From Antedon mediterranea (taxonomy: Eukaryota; Animalia; Echinodermata): a stretch of DNA of 64,000 nt. Under the pieces are notes generated by a model. It searched no databases, was not told where the DNA came from, and worked only from the letters and a program-made list of their open reading frames with translations. The stretch is taken from the NCBI RefSeq assembly GCF_964355755.1, contig NC_092679.1:8090201-8154200 (forward strand), given 5' to 3'. Shown one piece after another: positions 37,901-47,788 of this stretch (position 1 is its first letter; each line of letters begins with the position of its first letter). Position numbers and translations under genes: made by a program.

Positions 37901-39090
37901 TGGATGTTAATAATAATTATTAAATAATATTATTATTAATTAATGAATAAATATCAAGTTAACTATTTACCTTTCCATTTGTTTTTGGTGTTGTTGAGCT
38001 AAGCACTGATTCTACAGCATATGTACCACTCCCAGGCAATAGAGTACAAGTGAAATCATTACAACTTACACCTAAAAAACACGTTTCACAGCTTATAATT
38101 CACTTTAATTAAACAATATTATTAAATCTTTGTTTATCGTATAGGGAATGTATGTGATTTAGACTGAACCCTCACTGAATGGATGATGATGATGATGAAT
38201 GGATATCACTTTCAATTCTTGTTGAATAAACTCTACTTATTCTAAAATTTTCTTTTTGTAGTTCATTCAAGTAAAAAAAACCACATTGTTTGTTGGGCCA
38301 GCAACTTGGCTCTTATAAGGTTGAAAGGTTAATTACTAGTGTTTTATTATATACTTTAAGTTGAAACCTCATTATAAAACAATTGTACTCTATAACATAT
38401 AAATATGAAGTAATTTACACTGAAACTGAAGATGGTTATTTATTTAATGTCAATAGGATATTCTATAATTGTTTCACTTCCTGAAAACTAACCTGCAATT
38501 TCTAACAAACTGCCTCTAATTTCTGCCACAGTATCTATGAATTCAACGTCTCGAGATCCGACATCTCTTAGCATTGCCTCCTTTGTAGACTGGCTGATAC
38601 CAAGAGGACCAGGAGTGAACAATTTCTTTTCTGAAACAAAATACAATGGTAATTTTAATTTGCAAAAATAAATTTATTTGTTTGGGAACTTTGGCACCTT
38701 TAGATAAATTATAAATAATATGACATTGATTTGTGAAGTAAGTAAATCAACAATGAATATTTCATAATATTTAATAATAATATGACTGAGAGTTCTGATA
38801 ACCCACTTTGATACCAAAAAGATTGCATTCTTTTATCAAGTTAGTATGGCCAGGGAGGTATACCTCCCTCTGGTATGGCCATGGCCGCTTTGTACTTACT
38901 TGTCCTAGCCTACTAAACAACTACTAAAAGGTCTACTCGAGTTTACACCCGATTCTATCAGAGTTAACCTACTTTCATTTGTTTTTAAATGTGTTGTACT
39001 GCTGCATCCACGATTTTCAAAAATCACCGACCTAACCAAAGGTATTCGCAAACCATTTGTAGTAGAAATTCTTGAAAAACAAGAATACAT
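34931..39090 (-). CDS. phnW: 2-aminoethylphosphonate--pyruvate transaminase, about 420 aa, 8 exons, putative mitochondrial presequence
   Basis: Exons 39090-38973, 38630-38493, 38071-37971, 37613-37370, 36940-36776, 36637-36478, 35390-35230, 35106-34931 (1263 nt). PhnW motifs [55 protein letters not shown] (PLP lysine), [23 protein letters not shown]. The exon 1 donor is the least certain junction. Confidence 0.93.
35576..36233 (+). mobile_element. Helentron-associated (HINE/DINE-1-like) element in phnW intron 6
   Basis: 5' AGTCGCGTGGACGCGACT stem-loop and (GTCG)n microsatellite. 3' subTIR GCACGCGACT plus hairpin GCCATCTATATGGC, then CTTGTTTT. Confidence 0.75.
38851..38872. mobile_element. 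22-bp palindrome with 7-bp TSD (excision-scar-like)
   Basis: gtatggc|CAGGGAGGTATACCTCCCTCTG|gtatggc. Confidence 0.6.
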
Positions 39091-39414
39091 TATTGTTTTG
39101 ACAGCTTACTCAAGCATGAAGCAGAACAATGAAAGAGAGGAGGATTCAGATTGAAATAGAATGTTTGAGACTTTTCGGAGGGCGCCACCAATTTTTATGG
39201 AGTGTATTTTCGGTTTTTTTCTCTCGTCAGTTTGTTTGTTTGTTTTACTATATTAGTCCGGTCCCTAAGGGGAAATGATGTTACCATAGTGGATACAAGT
39301 GTGCCCTTTTGCATGTTGATAGAACATGATATGGAGATACCAAAAAACAAAGTTACTGGAAATCTGATTTGACCTCTGTGACCTCTGACCTCAATTTTTA
39401 TATTTCTATCTTAA

Positions 39415-39956
39415 AGATGTATTGTCCCTTGAAACACAAAAAATGAAAAAAAAAATATTCTAAATTTAAATTGGCCATATCAAAGTAATATTAAAGTTAT
39501 TCACTTTAAGTCAAAAATTCGAGCCAAAAACAACAGTTTACGTAATTAACAGGTAAATTAATTAGATTACATTTCGTCTGAGAAATCGTCACAAGCGAAA
39601 GTAAACAAAGATTTCAAACCATGAGTATGCATTATGCATGATGCTAATTAGGATTGTTTACAAATCATCACGGTTGAGAAGGTGTTTTCACACAGATCGC
39701 AAGGAAGTTTTATGATTATGTATACAGAGTAGCCAAACAAGCGCATTGCATTATGGGATATGTTTTGATTGAAAACTTTGACTGGAAGTCAAAGTTATTT
39801 TTTGAACAAAAAAACATCTGTATTTCGGTTAAATTATTTTTTTTTTTACTAATTTTTGGTGAAAGTTAATTACTATTATGATACTTCAAAATGACCCACT
39901 TTTTTTCGAAATTAAAAAAAAAATTTTTTTTTGGAATTAGTCAAAGGGACAATACA
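39415..39956. mobile_element. Kolobok-like MITE nested in the left arm
   Basis: TTAA|AGATGTATTGTCCCTT ... AAGGGACAATACAT. The right terminus is clipped. Confidence 0.55.
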
Positions 39957-40559
39957 TATCTCCGCAACGGGTTTGACAATTGAAATGATATTGGTGTCAA
40001 ATAGATCAGAGGGTACATATTTATATTCGCTCTAATAGAACTTAAAAAAAAAAAAAACGACCGGAAATGTAATTTCTCAACGTTTTGACCTTTGACCTCG
40101 GCTTACTATATCTCAATAATTACTGGTCAAAATTTCTTGAAATTTGTTTCAAATTGTTAAGAGCATACATATTTATATATACTCTAATTAAACATGTTCT
40201 TCCAAATTCACAGGAAATGTAATTTACTGACCTTTGACCTTTAATGTTCAAATATGTCTGTATCTCTGTAACCAAATGTCATAAAAAGTTCAATTTGGTG
40301 TCACATTGTTCAGAATGTAAACATTTATATTAGCTCTAATAGAAGATGTTATCATATTTTTACTGGAAATGCCAGTTTGAGGTATGATCAGAATATACTG
40401 TTAAGCGCGCATGTGTCATACTTATAATAATATACCTAAAATATAGATTTAATGGACCAGAACTACATTCAATATCCTATTTAGTTTACCTTTTACAATT
40501 TTCTTAAAACTTAATGTTTAATTTAATTTTAATATATAATTCCATTGCATGGTAGGCCT

Positions 40560-41480
40560 ACACCGTAAGAGCAACACTTAATATCAACATAAAATTAGAT
40601 AAACTTAAAGTTGAATAACATTTAAAAAAAAAATCAAGATCTTAAAAAGAGAAAAGAAGAATTAACCAATGCGATTTGATACTCATAAAACACATAACCT
40701 AATTATCAATTCATTGCTTGAAGTATGCTGAACAAATGAAATGTTGAAAACAGTGAGGAAAAAGCGAAGAAAAGAGTGAAAAATAAAAACATATGTTTGA
40801 AATATTAGAAATCTGAAAAGGATCAAAGACAAATTAATTACAAAGCTGATTTCTTTTCAAGAACATACTGTAGTTAGTGGAATATAAAAGGAAAACGAAC
40901 CAGTGAGCAGTCAAAAAAATTACCATCTATTCTTGTAGAGAAAATGAAAGAGGCTTTAAGGCAAATGCAAGAAAACAAAGCTCCAACACTGATGATGAAG
41001 CTTGATGAGGCAATAACACATCCAGCTCATAACACTATACAACAACATCTTTGAAACCAGAAGAAATGAAGAGAAGCAATGATATACTTTTAACCACAAA
41101 AACATGACAAAACTGACATCAACCATTACCGACCAAACGAACATTATCACATGTACACAAATAATTTACAAAAGCAATCAAAAAACAAAATCAGAGACCG
41201 ACTAGAAGTACATAAACTAATATATATGGCTTCATACAGTAGGACCATCTTATACAGTTTGTCAATCAACTAAAATAAAAAGGAAATGAATATCACCAAA
41301 TCTTTGATTTAGAGATTATCAGAAAGCATTTGACTCAATAAAACAGGCATTACCATTATTAGAGGGAATAATTATACCTCAACAAATATTGATTACGATC
41401 GTTAAAAGAGTAGTTAAGGAAGATTAGTAAGACAAGGCGACACTTAAGATCTTCACTGCATTTGAAGAGGTGTTTAATCA
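40560..41480 (+). pseudogene. Highly decayed LINE (RTE-like) RT remnant
   Basis: Residual DYQKAFDSI (about 41314-41340) and VRQGDT (about 41427) among many stops. Confidence 0.5.
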
Positions 41481-41982
41481 AAGGGCTAATCTAAAAAATA
41501 GAGTAAATATCACTTTAAAGACAAAATAAACAGTTAATTTAACCAAAACCACATTGACTTCCAGCCTATTTTGTGCTTTGAATTACAGTTTTTTGGGTAT
41601 GCACTATATAATTTTTTTTCAATCCAATTTTTGGTGAAATAGTGAATAACTATTATGTGTGACATTAAAATTGCATATTCAACAAAAATATTTGTCAAAA
41701 TTACTTTGTCAGGGGAAAATAAGTATATCTATAATAGCATGTGATATTATTAGTAAATATTTCAAATGTAGTTTTGAAAAACTTTCCCATTACAAACAAT
41801 TGCCATAATTCTGATAACATTACAATACACCCATCCTCTGGGACTTATTTTCAAATGTAGCTAAAAACTTTCCAGTACAATTCCGGCCATTTTGATGTGT
41901 ATAGATGCATGCAGTAGCATTGGAAATGCGAGAGAGGGGGAGGTGGTTGGGGTGATGGAGAGACACATATTTTTTACATATT

Positions 41983-42110
41983 TGTCTACACTATAAACTA
42001 GTTTAACAAAAAAGGTGTGATGTGTCCAAATATGGTAGTGATATCATGTCATCGTGTCCATATATGGGCACATCACATTTTTTTGTCGCATAAAGTTTAT
42101 AGTGTAGACA
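41983..42110. mobile_element. Small palindromic MITE
   Basis: TGTCTACACTATAAACT...TGTGATGTGTCC / GGGCACATCACA...AGTTTATAGTGTAGACA. Confidence 0.7.
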
Positions 42111-42849
42111 GAGTTTAACATTTGTGTAACATGTAAAAAAATGTCTCTCCATCCACCCCAACCCCCTCCCCTCTTTTTTTATAGATTATTAATTGCTAAA
42201 TATATGCAACACGATGTGTCATAGCTAAAATTGACATTTCCAATTGAATTCTGACAAAATATTTTGTTAGAGCAAGTATAAATGTGTATATTCTGAACAA
42301 TTTGACACCAAACTGAACTTTTTAGGACAAATAGTTACCGAGATATCGACATATTCAAACATTAGAGGTCAAGGGTAAAAAAAGCTTAATTGATGGTAAT
42401 TTTTTGAAAAAATTTTCTATTAGACTAAATATTTGATTTATTTTCTTAACACTTTGAGCCCATTCTCAAATCTCTGAGATTGCGTGTTATTGAGATATTA
42501 GGCAATCAAGGTCAAAGGTCAAACTGAAAAATAAAGCCTTTGCGGCCATTTAAAAAATTTTTTTTTCATTATAGAGAATATAAATATATATCTTCTAAGC
42601 ATTTTGACAAAAAAATTAATGTAAAATGTTCATGCGTTGTCAAGATATGGCGATTTTTAGTTATATAATAGAAAAATATAAAAATCGAGGTCAGAGGTCA
42701 CAGAGGTCAAATCAGATTTCCAGTAACTTTGTTTTGGCATCTCCACACTATACTCTACCAAACCTGAAACTGCTATATTGAAAAATTTGTATCCAGTCTG
42801 GTAACATCCCACCCCTTTTTCTCCCCTTAGGGACTGGACTATATTTAAT

Positions 42850-43043
42850 GAGGGTGATCCATCCACCAATTGCTGATCATTAGGGACCCTCACAGGTTCA
42901 CAAGACAAACATAATAATTATACACAGGATGCTCTACATAAACAAGTCTTACTACAAGTCTTTGGGACATGTGACAGGACTTAAACCCAGGATCCTTAGA
43001 GTGGTAGGCAGGCATCATAACCACCAAGCCACAACTCCACTCC
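42850..43043 (-). mobile_element. tRNA-derived SINE
   Basis: Minus-strand head GGAGTGGAGTTG-TGGCTTGGTGG (A box) ... GGGTTTAAGTCC (degenerate B box). Confidence 0.55.
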
Positions 43044-43081
43044 TAAATCGGTTTTGGATCGATTGGAGGCCGATCGAGATT

Positions 43082-46000
43082 GGGTGTCTAGAAAACTCAG
43101 ATATCTGACTTTTCTAGATCTAGAAAACTCAGATATCTGACTTTTCTAGATCTAGAAAACTCAGATATCAATATCTGACTTTTCTAGTTCCATAACTCAG
43201 ATCATCATTTGATTGGTTGGTAGGTCATTTGGATCGTTCCATTATTAATCAGCGGTAGGTCATTTGAAATACTAGAGTATTATTAAAACTGATTACTGTG
43301 TACGTTTTCTTACTAATATTGTAACATGTAGAAGCGGCCTACGGCTTAAATCATAAAGAAAATACAGTGCATGTTACCGTTAAAATATAGGCTTAAAAAT
43401 GAGGCATGTACGAGTTGGTGTGGGTACGAGTTGGTTGAAGTACAAGTTAGCCAAGTTTCAATTCAATTCAATTCATCGACATTTTTATTCCATAATCAAA
43501 ATAAAAACATATACAAATACAATACAAATAATAAGATAATGGAATGGGATACAAAATAAGCACAAGTGCTTTAAGCATGTAACCCTAACAAAAAGATCAA
43601 ACAATTAGTACACACAAAAAGAACAAACCAAAATAACATAATGTGATTTACTTAACTTAAATATTTCTATTGTTATAATATTGCTTTAATCTCTGTTTAA
43701 ACAAACTTAAAGTGGGGGATTGTTTTATATAGTCTGTTAAATTGTTCCAAATATGTGTTCCTTGGTAGGAAATACATTGCTGTCCGACTTTGGTGCGTTT
43801 TAGTTGTGGACAGTAGTTTGACCTGTTTCTAGTTGAGTAATTATGGAATGAGGCAGATGTACTAAATAAGTTATTAAATGATTCAGGTAATAGATTATGT
43901 TTATATTGATACATAAATATAGCAGTGTGTTTCGTATAAAGGTCAAAAATATTTAATGTTTGGGTTGAAATAAAAAGTGGATGAGAAGGATGCATAAAAT
44001 GAACATGACAAATATTTCTAAGTGCTTTTTTCTGGAGAATATGTATACGGTTTAAGTTTGTAGCAGAAGTAGCACCCCATACTGTGATAGCATACGTTAT
44101 TCTAGGTAATATAAGTGCATTGTATACCGTTAACAAGATTTTACTTGATAATATAGACTTCACTTTGTTTAAGACACCAATTATTCTAGAAATACTGTTT
44201 GCTACCTCATTTACATGAAAATTAAACGATAAAGTTTCATCCAGAAATAAGCCTAGAAATTTAACTTCAGTAGCTTTTACTATACATTCATTTCCCATCC
44301 TCAATTCTAGTGAGGTAGTGTCAGCTGACTTATTTCTAGCCTTAAATATAACATATTTTGATTTGTTTACATTTAGCGTTAATTTGTTAGCAATAAACCA
44401 GTCCGAAAGTATAGATAACTCCTGGTTCATTGTATCAAAAGCTTGAGTAATATCATTGTGACTATAAAACACATTTGTGTCATCTGCATACATAATCATG
44501 TCTACATGGTTACATGCTAGACTAATATCATTAATGAATATAAGAAATAATAATGGACCCAATATGGATCCCTGAGGAACTCCAGTGTTTACTCTCATTT
44601 TACTAGATGCAGTATTAACAATAAATGTGTATTGTAGTCTTTTTTTAAGATAGTTTGAGAACCAGTTTAGCGGAACTCCTCTTATACCATAAAATCTTAA
44701 CTTATCTAATAATATATCATGATCGATTGTATCAAACGCTTTTGATAAATCAAGGAAAACTCCTAGTGTGAACTCTTTATTCTCAATAGCGTTTGTGATT
44801 TTTTCAATCGATTGTATTAAAGCATGACTAGTTGAATGGTGTTGTCTAAATTAAATCCATACTGTGTTTTACTCAGTACGTTATATTTTGAGAGGTAACA
44901 AATCGTTTGATCATACACAATCCTCTCAAATATTTTGGAAAAAAAGGGTAAAATGGAAATAGGCCGATAATTATTTATATCGGAGATGTCACCATTCTTA
45001 AATACCGGGATAACTTTAGCAATTTTTATATCAGCCGGGACACAGCCCGATGATAATGACGTATTAATAATATGCAATAAAGGTTTTAAAATAAACGGGG
45101 AAGCAGATTTTATGAGTTGGGCACTTATACCATCATGGCCAGGAGAAGTATTCTTTGTGTTTTTAATATAGTGGTTAAGTTCATGTTCAGTAACAGGCTT
45201 AAAAAACATTGAAGAGGTAAAATTTCCCTTTAAGAAAGTTCTGTGGGTGATTTCTTCATTTTGAGATTCATGCCTAAATTTATTATTTAGTTTTTCTCCA
45301 ATATTAATAAAAAAAGAGTTGAATGCATCAGCTTTCTCATCATTATCAGAGAAAGTCTCAGTACCCAATTTTATTTTTGTAGGCAAATTGGTAGTCTTTT
45401 TCCTACCCATTATATCATTTAGGATTGTCCACGTTTTTTTAATATCTTGTTTATTTCGTTCAAACTGGACCATATAATATTCTTTTTTCCGATTTCTAAT
45501 AGTAGTGGTTAACTTGTTTCTAAAATGTATGTACGTACTTTTATTAGTAGTGGTGTTATTTTGTTTGTACTTTTTATATAATTTATGTTTTTGAGAGATA
45601 GCTCTGGCAATTTCAGCTGTGATCCAAGGAGATTTTAACTTGTTCGCCTTATTTCTAATTCGTTTTAAAGGGAAACAATTATCAATTGTTTTATTTAAAG
45701 TGTTTGTAAAATTTTGATAAGCAACATTCGCATTATTTGAGAATAGCACATCATTCCACTGATTACTTTGTAATTCTTGCAAAAAATACTCCGTTTGTTG
45801 AGGAGAGTATTGTCGTTTATATACAAATCGAGGATATTGCTTATTATGTTTTTCCAAAGTATCTACACAGAATATTGGGAAGTGATCAGAAATATCAGTA
45901 ATAAGTATTCCACTTTTAAGGGACGTAGTAAAAGAATCGATGTTGCAATAAATGTTATCAATTATTGAAGCACAATTATCGGATATTCTAGTAGGACTTT

Positions 46001-46882
46001 TTATGATTGGCTGAAATGACTGAGAAAATATTGTGTCTAAGTGTGATTGGATAGTGTTGTCGGTAGATTGTTGGAGTAAGTTTATGTTATAGTCTCCCAC
46101 AAGGTAAGCTTTCTTTTTTTCTAGATTAACATTTGCATTACACATGTTAATTCATCATCAAACTTTTGCAAGGAACGTGAGGGTGGTCTATAAACTATAC
46201 CACAAATAACATTATTTCCTGATTCTAACTCAATCTCAATAAAAATAGTCTCTGCTTCAGTCATACAAGATGACAGATCATTTCTAATAATATATGTTAG
46301 TTTGTTGGTAACATAGAACGCTACCCCACCACCTCTCTTATCTTTCCTATCATTGTGAATCAAACTGTAGCCTGGTAACTGGTATAGATTAATATTATCT
46401 TTTTCGGTTAACCAGGTTTCACTGAAGGCAATAACGGAGAAGGCATGTACGAGTGAGTCTAAATAGTTGGGAATAGGTACGAGTTATTTTGGGTACGAGT
46501 TGACCACTTCTAGTCTAGTACTGTAAGACCAGGCCTACTCTTCGCGATACATCGCGATAGCGCCCACACGTTGAGCCTTGAATTGAGTTTGCATAGCTAG
46601 GCCTAAATGATAAGCCTACATTTTAAAAGGTGTATACTGTATTTCTTTATGATTTAAGTCGTAGGCTGCTACTACAAGTTACAATAATTATTATTATTAG
46701 TAAGAAAACGTATACTGTGTAGTATTTCAAATATGCTACCCTCTAATAATAATGAAACGATCCATTTGATGATCTGGGTTTTCTAGTTCTATTTTGGAAC
46801 TAGAAAACTCAGATATTGATATCTGAGTTTTCTAGACCTAGAAAACTCAGATATATCTGAGATCTGAGTTTTCTAGACACCC
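43082..46882. mobile_element. MULE-like element containing a LINE
   Basis: GGGTGTCTAGAAAACTCAGAT...ATCTGAGTTTTCTAGACACCC. Perfect 9-bp TSD ATCGAGATT (43073-43081 and 46883-46891). Palindromic subterminal repeats of about 33 bp. Confidence 0.9.
43459..46440 (-). mobile_element. CR1-clade LINE, 5'-truncated ORF2 (EN-RT) with frameshifts
   Basis: EN motifs RGGGVA, VYRPP, GDYNI, SDHFPI. RT motifs NYRPISIL, DLSKAFD, PQGSILGP, YADD. (TTGAA)n tail at 43459-43475. Confidence 0.92.
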
Positions 46883-46980
46883 ATCGAGATTGGATGCATT
46901 AATATAATACATCGTGGAGGCAGTTAGCATATATTTATTTATCAAAAAATATATTCATAAAATAATAATTAAGCAATGTA

Positions 46981-47788
46981 AGATTCAAGATTCAAGATTC
47001 AAGAAATTTTATTTGTCCATAAAAATAGAAAAACAAACATAAAAAATGTTACAACAATATTAAAACGTGCAGTATTATAACAGATTAAAATACAAGATAA
47101 AAAGTTAAAAATAAAAAAACTGTTAAAGATGTAAAACTATTTAAAAATTGCATTATCGTCTTACATTAGAATTAAAAATATGAATGCTATTTACAACGAA
47201 GGATTTTCTAGTTCTACAAAGATTTGCTCTTGGAGGTCGTAGCCTAATACCTGATCTATTTAAGTTATAAAAGTAATGTAACGGATGAGTGGGGTCTTTC
47301 ATAATATTGTTTACTTTTTTTTAAATACTCTTTTCATAGATAAATGAACAAGGCGTTAGATCAGCTTTAATAATACGTTGTGCAATTTTACGTGGTCTCT
47401 CAATATTTTTCTTATCATTATCAGTATAGTTACCATAAAGACATCCAATGTTAAAAGATAAAATACTTTGAATAATACTTTGATAAAATAGAATTAAAAT
47501 AGTGTTATCAACTCTATAATTTGCTTGAGTTTTCTGAGAAAGTAAAGCCTTTGAGATGCCTTCTTGGAAATCATGATAGAGTTTGACTCCCAATTTAATT
47601 TGTTGTCAATTATAGTACCTAAGTATTTGTATTGGGTTACTCTTTCAACCTCGGTTTCTTTAATAGTTATTACATTATGTTCAACTGCGGTTTTACGCAT
47701 CTATTACCATCTCTTTGGTTTTAGTAATATTAAGTATTAAGTTCATATCCTCACACCAAATAACAAATCTTCCAACTTCATTAACAAA
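46981..47788 (-). mobile_element. 3' fragment of a Rex1/L2-like LINE
   Basis: LNITKTKEMVID, VERVTQYKYLGT, KKASQRLYFLRKL and a (TCTTGAA)n tail at 46981-47003. Frameshifted. Confidence 0.75.

Larger units (their letters stand above)
39254..42841. mobile_element. Long-TIR non-autonomous DNA element upstream of phnW
   Basis: TAGTCCGGTCCCTAAGGGGA...GTTACTGGAAATCTGATTTGACCTCTGTGACCTCTGACCTC is mirrored at about 42668-42841, in a TA context. Confidence 0.8.

Noticed and set aside
34931-39090. phnW as bacterial contamination or recent horizontal transfer
   Set aside because: It has seven spliceosomal introns, a eukaryotic TE inside one of them, and is contiguous with FIBP and UBXN1.
38905-39090. 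In-frame TAG making phnW a pseudogene
   Set aside because: An upstream GTAGGT donor at 38972 gives the right phase and skips the stop.
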